A stretch of 64,000 bases of DNA from Myxococcota bacterium. GTDB lineage: Bacteria; Myxococcota_A; UBA9160; SZUA-336. Positions 46,014 to 64,000 of the stretch are shown piece after piece (position 1 is the first letter of the stretch; every line of letters begins with the position of its first letter). A program made the position numbers and the translations under genes. The DNA is taken from contig CBDFGR010000001.1 in assembly GCA_965247115.1 (NCBI GenBank), positions 1 through 64,000 of the forward strand, written 5' to 3'. The notes beneath the pieces were generated by a model, which saw nothing but the letters and a program-made list of their open reading frames with translations, had not been told where the DNA came from and ran no database searches.

Positions 46014-46574
46014 CTATCCGAGGGCTTCCGGGGCGGCAACCGAACGCGTGTCCTCCCGTGAGAGTCGCTTCAGTGTGCGTTCGTAGCGAGTGCGTGCGCT
46101 GTCCGCACCGTCGAAGAGATGGACTCCCACGATGGCGATCGGACGGGCGCCGTGGGAGCCGGGGACGAATTCCACGCGGGTCCAGCGTACGCGGCCGCTG
46201 AACTCGACAGGTGGGTCCTCTTCGTTCAGAAGTAGCTTCACGAGCATGCGCGCACCGACCCACGGCGGGCGAGGGCAGCGCAGGCACAGGCCGTTTTGCG
46301 AGACGTTCACCGTTCGCGCCTCTTCGTTCGCGGCGAAGAAGAGCGCACCTGTTACCGGATTGTGTATGGGGTCGATGCTGGTGGTGCGGGCCAGGAGCTC
46401 TGCATCGAACCGCGTCTCCGGCGTGTGTTGAACGGGAGGTTGAGTCGGAGTGGCGTCGACGGTGGGGGAGGGCCAGAGGGGAATCAGGCGCCAGCTATCC
46501 GATTGACCGGGGTGCAGCTCCGGAACTGCCTGGAGCGACATGTCGACGGTGTCGCTTAGGTCGTTGTCCTTCAT
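46014..46574 (-). CDS. PilZ-domain-like protein
   Basis: TVNVSQNGLCL...GRVRW...VGVHL; GGAGG RBS. Confidence 0.7.
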   Translation of the reverse strand: MKDNDLSDTVDMSLQAVPELHPGQSDSWRLIPLWPSPTVDATPTQPPVQHTPETRFDAELLARTTSIDPIHNPVTGALFFAANEEARTVNVSQNGLCLRCPRPPWVGARMLVKLLLNEEDPPVEFSGRVRWTRVEFVPGSHGARPIAIVGVHLFDGADSARTRYERTLKRLSREDTRSVAAPEALG

Positions 46575-46692
46575 GCGTCCCTCCTCCGCTTTCTCCTCCG
46601 AGTTTCGGTGCCAGGGACGGGGTGCTTGACTTTCGTCTTTTCTTCGATACAGTGTCCATCGTCCTCACCCCACAACACGAGGACATTCCCGC

Positions 46693-48414
46693 TTGGATTC
46701 GGAAGCTTGGTGGAGGTTGGAGCAACGCTTGGTGGCGCTGGCTCGCTCCGCAGGGCCATTGCGCGTGGCTCTGGCTGAGCTGTCTGCTTGGCTCGTCGAG
46801 AGAGAGGCGTGGCAGCCCCTGGGGTACGCGCGCCTGTCGGACTACGCGGACGAGGCGCTGGGGCGCTCGGCGAGATCGCTGCGGGACCTCGCGCGCGTCG
46901 GGCGAGAGCTCCCTTTCCAGCCGCTGCTGCACGCCGCGCTGGTCAGCGGGGAGCTCGGGTGGACCAAGGTCCGACTGCTCGCGCGAGTCTGTACGGCCGC
47001 GAATGAGGCGAGCTGGGTCGCGTACGCTCGCAGTCTGACGAGCGCGGCGCTCTCCCGCGCCGTGCGCAAGGTCGACACCGGCTCGCTCGAGGGCGATGGC
47101 TTCGAGCGGGATTGGAGTCGCAACCACTGGTTCGAGGTCGCCTGTACGTCTGAGGTGCGGCTGCGATGGCACCAGGCGAGGAACCTGGCGCAGCGCGTGC
47201 ACGGCGGCCGCGTCAGCTTTGGGCAGTGTGTGGAGATGGTCACTGCCGAGGTGATCTCTGCATTGCCGCCAGACGTCGATCCCGTGCCTCGTACTGGCAC
47301 CGATGCGGAGAACCGGGATGCTGAGATTGACGTCGGGGGCGATCCTGAAGTCACCGTTCCCCCTTTCCTCGATAGATCTCCTGTACCCCACGACGACACG
47401 GTGGAGTCGCTTCCTGCCGCGATCGAGGCGTTGCTCCGCGACGGCGACAACATCGACGCGAGGGAGCTCCATCGCCGCTTGCACAAGGCCATCGAGATGG
47501 AGCGGCAGCTCGACACTCGGATTGGCCCCTTGCTCGACCTGCTGATGCGACGGCGCATCTACTGGCTCATGGGGTACACGAATCGCGAGGCGTATGTGCG
47601 GGAGAGGCTTGGACTGGATCCCTCGTGGGGTCGGGCGCTCCTGAGAATCGAGCGCGCCGCGCGCGCGAGCCCGGCGTTCGCCGCGGCCTATCGACTCGGG
47701 CAGTTGAGCGCGCTCCAGGCGGCGACGCTGCTCCCCCTCGTGCTGGGCGAGCTCGACGAGCACAGGATGACGCCATGGATCGAGCGCGCCGGAGAGGTCT
47801 CTCTGCGGCAGCTCCGCGACGACGTCGATCTGGCGCTGCTGGTTCGAGAGACCGACCCCGCGAGGTGGTTTCGGAGCGGGGGACTTCCGGAGCAGGAGCC
47901 GGGCAGCGAAGAGGATCAACTCGACGACCGGGAAATCGGTGCGCCGCATAGTGGTCTGGAGGAGACGTGCAGCGTGGGCTGTCAACTCGAGCTGGACGCG
48001 ATTCGGTTGCTCCGGGTGTTGCTGTGTACGGTGCAGAGGCGCCTGGAGCCAGAGCTCGGGCGCCTCCCGACGCGCGGGGAGGCTCTCGGGGCGATGATCG
48101 AGCACGCGATGGCGGAGTGGGGCGGGGATGACGAGAGAGTTCCGCGCAGGTATCGGGTCTTCGCTCGGGACGGCTGGCGGTGTGTAATTCCGGGCTGCAC
48201 CTCCATGCGCAACCTTCACGATCACCACATCGAGTTTCGTTCCGCAGGGGGGAGTGACGAGCTCGAGAACCGAACCACGCTCTGTGCGTTCCACCACCTG
48301 CGGGGGGTGCACGCCGGGGTCGTCCGATTGACTGGGCGCGCGCCGGACCGGCTGCGCTTCGAGCTGCCGCTCGCGGTCTACGCATCGGGCGACCGGCTGC
48401 TTGCGACCCTCTAG
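46693..48414 (+). CDS. HNH endonuclease with DUF222-like N-terminal region
   Basis: RDGWRCVIPGC...HHIEFRSAGGSD...N..TLCAFHH. Confidence 0.88.
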   Translation: MDSEAWWRLEQRLVALARSAGPLRVALAELSAWLVEREAWQPLGYARLSDYADEALGRSARSLRDLARVGRELPFQPLLHAALVSGELGWTKVRLLARVCTAANEASWVAYARSLTSAALSRAVRKVDTGSLEGDGFERDWSRNHWFEVACTSEVRLRWHQARNLAQRVHGGRVSFGQCVEMVTAEVISALPPDVDPVPRTGTDAENRDAEIDVGGDPEVTVPPFLDRSPVPHDDTVESLPAAIEALLRDGDNIDARELHRRLHKAIEMERQLDTRIGPLLDLLMRRRIYWLMGYTNREAYVRERLGLDPSWGRALLRIERAARASPAFAAAYRLGQLSALQAATLLPLVLGELDEHRMTPWIERAGEVSLRQLRDDVDLALLVRETDPARWFRSGGLPEQEPGSEEDQLDDREIGAPHSGLEETCSVGCQLELDAIRLLRVLLCTVQRRLEPELGRLPTRGEALGAMIEHAMAEWGGDDERVPRRYRVFARDGWRCVIPGCTSMRNLHDHHIEFRSAGGSDELENRTTLCAFHHLRGVHAGVVRLTGRAPDRLRFELPLAVYASGDRLLATL

Positions 48415-48442
48415 CGCTTGCGACCCTTTAGAGTAGGGGGGG

Positions 48443-49162
48443 ATGGTGACAATCGAAGGGGTTCGCCCGATCGTGGAGGCCATTCGGGCCGGGCGGCGCA
48501 GGGTTCTCGAGGTGACCCTGCCTGCGGCCGCCAAGCTATCGGAGCTCGAGGGGGTCCTGGCGGACGCCGGAATTCCCACCAGACCCGGCAAGCCTGGCGA
48601 GCCAGTCGTCGCGACCGCGGAGCCGTTTCCCGAGGAGGGCTTCGAAGAGCTCCTGATCGAGGATCGGCCTCGCTTCCTGGTGGCGCTGGACCGGGTTACC
48701 GATGTCGGGAATCTCGGATCGATCGCCCGCTCTGCCGAAGCTGCAGGGGTGATCGGCCTGGTTATGGAGCACCGGCGTGCTCCGCCCATCGGTCCCGGGG
48801 CGCTGCGGGCCAGCGCGGGGGCGATCGAGCATCTCAGGGTCGGGCGGACGCCGAACCTGCGCAAGGCTCTGGACCTGTGCAAGGCCGAGGGGCTGGCCGT
48901 GCTCGTGGCGGAGCCGGGGGGCCGCCCGATTGATGAGCTTCCGCCCAGTACACTCGCAGGCGAGCTCGTCTGGGTTTTCGGAAGCGAGGATCGCGGCACG
49001 CGCTCTGGAATCCGGGATCAGGCAACAGAACTGGTTGGAATTCCCCTCAGCGGGGCAGTTTCGTCCCTCAACGTCGCCTCGGCGGCGGCCTATCTGCTGC
49101 TACGCACCGCCGAATTTCGGTTGGCGACGACCGGAGGCGGGCCGACTCTTCTGGCGAACTGA
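48443..49162 (+). CDS. rlmB: TrmH/SpoU-family RNA methyltransferase (RlmB-like)
   Basis: DVGNLGSIARSA, VFGSEDRG, IPL...SSLNVA. Confidence 0.85.
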   Translation: MVTIEGVRPIVEAIRAGRRRVLEVTLPAAAKLSELEGVLADAGIPTRPGKPGEPVVATAEPFPEEGFEELLIEDRPRFLVALDRVTDVGNLGSIARSAEAAGVIGLVMEHRRAPPIGPGALRASAGAIEHLRVGRTPNLRKALDLCKAEGLAVLVAEPGGRPIDELPPSTLAGELVWVFGSEDRGTRSGIRDQATELVGIPLSGAVSSLNVASAAAYLLLRTAEFRLATTGGGPTLLAN

Positions 49163-49189
49163 AATTCTCCTGATACAATCGGAGGTTGC

Positions 49190-49265
49190 GCTGGCGTAGC
49201 TCAATTGGCAGAGCAGCTGACTTGTAATCAGCAGGTTGGAGGTTCGAGTCCCCTCGCCAGCTCCA
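49190..49265 (+). tRNA. tRNA-Thr(TGT)
   Basis: Full cloverleaf, CT-TGT-AA loop, CCA. Confidence 0.97.
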
Positions 49266-49404
49266 CACCCGTGAGGTGAGGAGCGAGGGGACGGGACATA
49301 GCCTTACATATCCCCTTACATAGTATGGGACGATTCTCCCGGGCCTCGAGTTAGTGGGGGTGCTCGCAGGGGCTGGGTTTTTTTTACGCTTGGGTCGGGT
49401 CTCC

Positions 49405-49490
49405 GGAGAGGTACCGAAGTGGTCAAACGGGACAGGCTGTAAACCTGTTGGCTTCGGCCTTCGGAGGTTCGAATCCTCCCCTCTCCACCA
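49405..49490 (+). tRNA. tRNA-Tyr(GTA)
   Basis: Cloverleaf with long variable arm, CT-GTA-AA. Confidence 0.97.
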
Positions 49491-49512
49491 TTCGATACGA
49501 AGGAGCGACGAC

Positions 49513-49589
49513 GCGGGAATAGCTCAGTTGGCTAGAGCACAAGCCTTCCAAGCTTGGGGTCGCGGGTTCGAGTCCCGTTTCCCGCTCCA
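49513..49589 (+). tRNA. tRNA-Gly(TCC)
   Basis: Cloverleaf, CT-TCC-AA. Confidence 0.97.
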
Positions 49590-49599
49590 GGTTTGTTGG

Positions 49600-49675
<76 letters not shown>

Positions 49676-49742
49676 GCGCGTTGAGCAAAGAGGTACGACA
49701 AGCCCCCTAGGGCAATGGAATCTCCCTCTGGAGAAGGAATAG

Positions 49743-50933
<1,191 letters not shown>

Positions 50934-50958
50934 CCTCGTACGGCTCAGTACAAATCAC

Positions 50959-51035
50959 AGGTCAGTAGCTCAATTTGGTAGAGCAGCGGTCTCCAAAACC
51001 GCAGGTTGGGGGTTCAAGTCCCTCCTGGCCTGCCA
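50959..51035 (+). tRNA. tRNA-Trp(CCA)
   Basis: Cloverleaf, CT-CCA-AA. Confidence 0.97.
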
Positions 51036-51075
51036 GATCCAGTGAAGTCGTTCGGAAGAGCGAGGAAGAGAGGAC

Positions 51076-51282
51076 GTGAGTAAGAACCCGATCGAGTGGG
51101 CCGATGAGTCGCGCGCCTTCCTCGGCGAGGTACAGGTCGAGTTCAAGAAGGTGACCTGGCCCTCGCAGAAGGAGACGGTCGCGGGCACGGTCGGCGTGAT
51201 CGTATTGGTCACGATCGTTGGGACAGCCCTGTTTCTGGTCGACTGGATGCTGTCGGCCAGCATGCAACTGATTTGGCCCTAG
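51076..51282 (+). CDS. secE: Preprotein translocase SecE
   Basis: EFKKVTWPS plus TM segment. Confidence 0.96.
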   Translation: MSKNPIEWADESRAFLGEVQVEFKKVTWPSQKETVAGTVGVIVLVTIVGTALFLVDWMLSASMQLIWP

Positions 51283-51842
51283 AACCACCTCTCTCCCCCG
51301 ACACCGACGAGGTCGAAGTGGCAGCGTTTTGGTACGTGCTTCACACATATTCGGGCCAGGAGGCCCGAGCAAAGCAGGCGCTTCTCGAGAAGGCGCGAGC
51401 CTTCAATCGAGAAGACGCGATCAAGGAGGTCTTCATCCCGGAAGAGGATGTCGTCGAGGTCGTCAAGGGGCAGCGTCGCACGAGTAAGCGCAAGTTCTTG
51501 CCGGGCTATCTACTGGTGAAGATGGAGCTCGACGACGAGGTCTGGCACATCGTCAAGAACACCTCGAAGATCACGGGCTTCGTCAACCCCGGAGGGAGAC
51601 CGACGCCCGTTCCCGAGGCAGACGTCGAGCGCATGCTCGGGCAAACCAAGACCGAGAAGCCCACGCCCAAGATCAGTTTTGAAGAGGGAGAGGACGTTCG
51701 CGTGGTTCAAGGTCCCTTCTCGAATTTCTCGGGTCGGGTGAGCGAGGTTCGCCCCGAAAAAGAGCAGGTTCAGGTGATGGTGGCGGTGTTCGGTCGCTCG
51801 ACACCGCTCTGGCTCCCCTTCGAACACGTGGAAAAGGCCTGA
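51273..51842 (+). CDS. nusG: Transcription factor NusG (start uncertain)
   Basis: [26 protein letters not shown]. Confidence 0.97.
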   Translation: MALEPPLSPDTDEVEVAAFWYVLHTYSGQEARAKQALLEKARAFNREDAIKEVFIPEEDVVEVVKGQRRTSKRKFLPGYLLVKMELDDEVWHIVKNTSKITGFVNPGGRPTPVPEADVERMLGQTKTEKPTPKISFEEGEDVRVVQGPFSNFSGRVSEVRPEKEQVQVMVAVFGRSTPLWLPFEHVEKA

Positions 51843-51843
51843 C

Positions 51844-52269
51844 GTGGCAAAGAAGATCGTCGCGCTCATCAAGGTGCAGTGTCCTGCAGGTCAGGCGAAC
51901 CCTTCCCCCCCGGTGGGACCCGCGCTCGGCCAGCACGGCGTCAACATCATGGAGTTCTGCAAGGCGTTCAACGCGCGCACGCAGGACCAGCAGGGCCTGA
52001 TCATCCCCGCGGTGATCTCGGTCTACGCGGACAGGACATTCACCTTCATCACGAAGACCCCGCCCGCTGCCGTTCTGCTGAAGCGCGCAGCAAAGATCGC
52101 CAAGGGCTCCGGCGAGCCGAACAAAGAGAAGGTAGGCAGGGTCACGGCAGAGCAGGTCAAGGAGATCGCGGAGATCAAGATGCCTGACCTGAACGCGAAC
52201 GACGTCGCCGCGGCCATGAAGATCGTCGAGGGAACGGCGCGCTCCATGGGCATCGAAGTCGAGGGATAG
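51844..52269 (+). CDS. rplK: 50S ribosomal protein L11
   Basis: [21 protein letters not shown]. Confidence 0.99.
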   Translation: MAKKIVALIKVQCPAGQANPSPPVGPALGQHGVNIMEFCKAFNARTQDQQGLIIPAVISVYADRTFTFITKTPPAAVLLKRAAKIAKGSGEPNKEKVGRVTAEQVKEIAEIKMPDLNANDVAAAMKIVEGTARSMGIEVEG

Positions 52270-52271
52270 CA

Positions 52272-52973
52272 ATGGCACACGGCAAGAACTACCGAGCTTC
52301 CGCGGAGAAGATCGACGCCACCAGGAGCTACCCGCTCCAGGAGGGGATCGACCTGCTGCTCGAGACGAAGCAAGGGAAGTTCGACCAGACGGCCGAGGTC
52401 GCAATGAACCTCGGCGTCGATCCTCGCCACGCGGACCAGAACGTGCGCGGCGCGGTCGTCCTGCCCCACGGTACGGGCAAGACGGTCCGGCTCATCGTCT
52501 TTGCCAAGGGCGACAAGGAGACGGAGGCGAGCGCGGCCGGTGCGGACGAGGTCGGGGGTGAGGAGCTCGCGAAGCGCATCCAGGACGGCTGGCTCGAGTT
52601 CGACCGCGTGATCGCGACGCCGGATATGATGAGCGTGGTGGGTCGCCTGGGACGGGTCCTCGGCCCGCGCGGACTGATGCCGAATCCGAAGGTGGGAACG
52701 GTCACCTTCGACCTCGAGCGGGCGGTCTCCGAGCAGAAGTCCGGCAAGGTCGAGTTCCGCGTGGACAAGGCCGGCATCGTGCACGCGCCTTTCGGGAGGC
52801 TCTCGTTTTCCCGCGAGCAGCTCGCCGAGAACTTCCTCGCGATCGCCGACGTGGTGATGAAGGCGAAGCCCGCCGCCACGAAGGGTGCGTACGTGAAGAA
52901 GATCTCGATCTCTTCGACCATGGGCCCAGGAATCCTCATCGACTCCGCAGACATGCAGGCAGCGCTGCGCTAG
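52272..52973 (+). CDS. rplA: 50S ribosomal protein L1
   Basis: [16 protein letters not shown]. Confidence 0.99.
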   Translation: MAHGKNYRASAEKIDATRSYPLQEGIDLLLETKQGKFDQTAEVAMNLGVDPRHADQNVRGAVVLPHGTGKTVRLIVFAKGDKETEASAAGADEVGGEELAKRIQDGWLEFDRVIATPDMMSVVGRLGRVLGPRGLMPNPKVGTVTFDLERAVSEQKSGKVEFRVDKAGIVHAPFGRLSFSREQLAENFLAIADVVMKAKPAATKGAYVKKISISSTMGPGILIDSADMQAALR

Positions 52974-53001
52974 CAGCCAACAGCGGGAGGCAATCGGACA
53001 G

Positions 53002-53532
53002 GTGCAGACGCGACAGCAGAAAGAGGACGCGGTCAGCGTCCTCCGCGACAAGCTCCAGCAGGCCAACGCCGTGCTCGCCGTGGACTACCGTGGGCTCACG
53101 GTGGCGGAGGCGAACGATCTGCGTGCTCGCCTCCGCGGTGCCGGCGATGGCCAGATCGAGTACCGGGTGGCGAAGAACACGCTGCTTCGGCGGGCCACGG
53201 AGGGCACGGGGGTCGAGGGGCTCCACGCTTATCTGCTGGGCCCCACGGCTGTAGCGCTCGCTCCGGACGAGCCCTCGGCACTGGCCAAGGTGCTCGTGGA
53301 CTTTGCGAAGGAAAACGACAGGTTCGAGATCAAGGGCGGCGTCGTCGAGGGCGAGGTCGTGGACCGGGAGACAATCAACCAGCTGGCCGCGCTGCCCGGT
53401 AAAGAGCAGCTGCGCGCCATGCTGGCGGGCACGCTTCAGAGCCCGCTGCGGAACCTGGCCGGAACCCTTTCCGGGCTGCTGGGCCAGGTGCGCAATGCGC
53501 TCGAACGACGTCAAGAGCAACTGGAAACATGA
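53002..53532 (+). CDS. rplJ: 50S ribosomal protein L10
   Basis: DYRGLTV, VAKNTL, LAALP. Confidence 0.97.
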   Translation: MQTRQQKEDAVSVLRDKLQQANAVLAVDYRGLTVAEANDLRARLRGAGDGQIEYRVAKNTLLRRATEGTGVEGLHAYLLGPTAVALAPDEPSALAKVLVDFAKENDRFEIKGGVVEGEVVDRETINQLAALPGKEQLRAMLAGTLQSPLRNLAGTLSGLLGQVRNALERRQEQLET

Positions 53533-53597
53533 ACCGAAGACCCCGTTCCGGCGCCATTGGGGCGCCTTGATCTGACCGGGGTAGGGAGGAAGGCAGC

Positions 53598-53972
53598 ATG
53601 GCAGCGGTAGAAGAGATCTTCTCGCAGATCAACGAGCTCAAGCCGATGGAAATCGCCGAGCTCATCAAGCGGATGGAAGACGAGTGGGGCGTGAGCGCCG
53701 CTCCGGCGGCGGTCGCGGTCGCAGCGCCTGGCGCGATGGGCGCCGAGGCCGAGGAGGAGAAGACGGAGTTCGACGTCATCCTCATCTCGCACGGCGAAAA
53801 GAAGATCCAGGTAATCAAAGAGGTGCGCGCGATCACTGGCCTCGGCCTCAAGGAGGCCAAGGAGCTGGTGGAGAGCGCGCCGAAGGCGGTCAAAGAGGCC
53901 GTCGACAAGGACGAGGCAGAGAAGGTCAAAGAGAAGATCGAGGCCGCCGGCGGGCAGGTCGAGGTCAAGTAG
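53598..53972 (+). CDS. rplL: 50S ribosomal protein L7/L12
   Basis: EEKTEFDV...[12 protein letters not shown]. Confidence 0.99.
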   Translation: MAAVEEIFSQINELKPMEIAELIKRMEDEWGVSAAPAAVAVAAPGAMGAEAEEEKTEFDVILISHGEKKIQVIKEVRAITGLGLKEAKELVESAPKAVKEAVDKDEAEKVKEKIEAAGGQVEVK

Positions 53973-53999
53973 CTCACATCCAACGACGCGGAGGACTGA

Positions 54000-58121
<4,122 letters not shown>

Positions 58122-58130
58122 GGGGGCAAC

Positions 58131-62312
<4,182 letters not shown>

Positions 62313-62327
62313 CTAGCCCCTGAGTTG

Positions 62328-62355
62328 TTGACTTGGGGTAGATTCCTGTTAGTAT
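62328..62355 (+). promoter_or_regulatory. Putative str-operon promoter
   Basis: TTGACT-N16-TAGTAT with extended TG. Confidence 0.55.
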
Positions 62356-62510
62356 CCGGGCCCTTTCGCGCGAGGGGCAGCCTGCGCGACGGGGTCCGTT
62401 CCAAAGCAATTTGTGTATTTCCCCCGGATCCACCGGACTGTCGCAGAGGGGGGTGAGACTCCCTACCTGGCCACAGTCGACGGGTCTGGATTCGTTCGTT
62501 TAGAGGTCGC

Positions 62511-62882
62511 ATGCCGACGATTCAGCAGCTGGTTCGCAAGGGTCGCAAGACCAAGAAGCGAAAGACGAAGGCTCCCGATCTGGCAGGCTGTCCCCAGAAG
62601 CGGGGCGTCTGCCTGCGTGTCTCGACCCAGACCCCGAAGAAGCCGAACTCTGCGCTACGCAAGGTGGCCCGCGTGCGGCTGTCCAACCAGCGCGAGGTCT
62701 GGGCCTACATTCCCGGCGAAGGCCACAACCTCCAGGAGCACTCGATGGTTCTGGTGCGGGGCGGCCGGATCAAGGATCTGCCCGGCGTCCGCTACCACGT
62801 AGTTCGAGGAACGCTCGATACGCTGGGCGTAGATGGTCGCAACAAGTCGCGTAGCCTCTACGGAACGAAGCGGCGCAAGTAA
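62511..62882 (+). CDS. rpsL: 30S ribosomal protein S12
   Basis: [17 protein letters not shown]. Confidence 0.99.
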   Translation: MPTIQQLVRKGRKTKKRKTKAPDLAGCPQKRGVCLRVSTQTPKKPNSALRKVARVRLSNQREVWAYIPGEGHNLQEHSMVLVRGGRIKDLPGVRYHVVRGTLDTLGVDGRNKSRSLYGTKRRK

Positions 62883-63352
62883 TGCCACGCCGCCGCGAGG
62901 TCCCGAAGCGCCGTATCACCCCCGATCCCAAGTACGGGGATCGGCAGGTGGCCAAGTTCATGAACGTGCTGATGAAGGCTGGCAAGAAGAGCGCGGCGGA
63001 ACGGATCGCCTATGGGGCGCTCGAGATCATCGGCGAGCGCACGGGCGATGAGCCGCTCCGAACGTTCCGGCGGGCCATGGATAACATCCGTCCCCGTCTC
63101 GAGGTGAAGAGCCGCCGCGTGGGTGGGGCCACCTACCAGGTGCCGCTGGAGGTGCGTCCCGATCGCGGAACCGCGCTTGCAATGCGCTGGGTCGCGCTCT
63201 ACGCACGCCAACGTTCCGGGAAGTCGATGAAGGAGAAGCTCGCCGCCGAGCTCTTGGACGCAGCCAACGAGCGGGGCGAGGCGGTTCGGCGGCGCGAGGA
63301 GATGCACCGGATGGCGGAGGCCAATAAGGCCTACGCCCATTACCGCTGGTAG
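62882..63352 (+). CDS. rpsG: 30S ribosomal protein S7
   Basis: [11 protein letters not shown]. Confidence 0.99.
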   Translation: MPRRREVPKRRITPDPKYGDRQVAKFMNVLMKAGKKSAAERIAYGALEIIGERTGDEPLRTFRRAMDNIRPRLEVKSRRVGGATYQVPLEVRPDRGTALAMRWVALYARQRSGKSMKEKLAAELLDAANERGEAVRRREEMHRMAEANKAYAHYRW

Positions 63353-63375
63353 GCGGGCATCGGTGAGCCTGGATC

Positions 63376-64000
63376 ATGGCACGGGACACGTCGCTTGAGC
63401 AGACCCGCAACATCGGCATCATGGCCCACATCGATGCCGGTAAGACGACGACGACCGAGAGGATCCTGTTCTACACGGGGATCACCTACAAGCTGGGCGA
63501 AGTCCACGAGGGCAGCGCCACCATGGACTGGATGGCGCAGGAGCAGGAGCGGGGCATCACGATCACCTCGGCTGCGACCACATGCGAATGGCGTGACCAC
63601 CGGGTCAACATCATCGACACTCCAGGTCACGTCGACTTCACCATCGAAGTAGAGCGATCGCTCAGAGTCCTGGACGGAGCGGTCGCTGTCTTTTGTGCGG
63701 TGGGCGGTGTGGAGCCGCAGTCCGAGACCGTCTGGCGCCAGGCCGACAAGTACGCCGTCCCGCGCATCGCGTTCGTGAACAAGATGGACCGGGTTGGCTC
63801 TGACTTTCTCGCAGTGACCAAGCAGATCGAAGAGCGCCTCGGTGCGAAGCCCCTGGTCCTACAGCTACCCGTTGGCTCGGAAGACGAGTTTCGCGGTGTG
63901 GTCGACCTCTTGACCGGGAAGGCGCTCATCTGGGACGAGGAGAGTCTTGGGGCGAATTTTCACGAGGAGGAGGTCCCCGAGCGGCTGGTGGAAGAGGTCG
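63376..64000 (+). CDS. fusA: Elongation factor G (5' part; runs off window)
   Basis: [27 protein letters not shown]. Confidence 0.98.
   Translation, partial: MARDTSLEQTRNIGIMAHIDAGKTTTTERILFYTGITYKLGEVHEGSATMDWMAQEQERGITITSAATTCEWRDHRVNIIDTPGHVDFTIEVERSLRVLDGAVAVFCAVGGVEPQSETVWRQADKYAVPRIAFVNKMDRVGSDFLAVTKQIEERLGAKPLVLQLPVGSEDEFRGVVDLLTGKALIWDEESLGANFHEEEVPERLVEEV

Overview
High-GC bacterial chromosome window. The RpoB/RpoC/EF-Tu sequences look deltaproteobacterial/Myxococcota-like; this is inference, not a search result. The window has four parts. (1) 1-1350: scrambled phage debris, including a truncated AAA_24/Sak4-like gene, an inverted ~94%-identical copy of this prophage's lysis-gene junction and a 70-bp duplication. 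(2) ~1354-33323: a temperate podovirus-type prophage next to a 3' tRNA-Arg(CCG) fragment. It carries integrase/xis, RecE/RecT, a cI/cro switch with visible operators, TerS/TerL, portal, scaffold, capsid, tail, ejection proteins, tail fibre, and a lysis end with phospholipase-A2-like and M15 peptidase genes. No matching right att site is visible. (3) 33.3-45.5 kb accessory DNA: a RAPP-motif leader with a His-rich TonB receptor, a DUF922-like protease, and a ~5-kb minus-strand array of small phage-type genes (TA pair, three methyltransferases). The array is punctuated by eight copies of a 19-bp quasi-palindrome and ends at a D-arm-less tRNA-like element; a wHTH-TPR regulator follows. (4) 45.6-64 kb, mostly core genome: PilZ, HNH and rlmB genes, tRNAs, tuf, secE-nusG-rplKAJL-rpoBC-rpsLG-fusA. 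The most unusual signals are the 19-bp repeat-punctuated gene array, three tandem covarying bulged hairpins upstream of the capsid gene, and the tRNA-like element. All family calls are by motif recognition only; no database search was possible.
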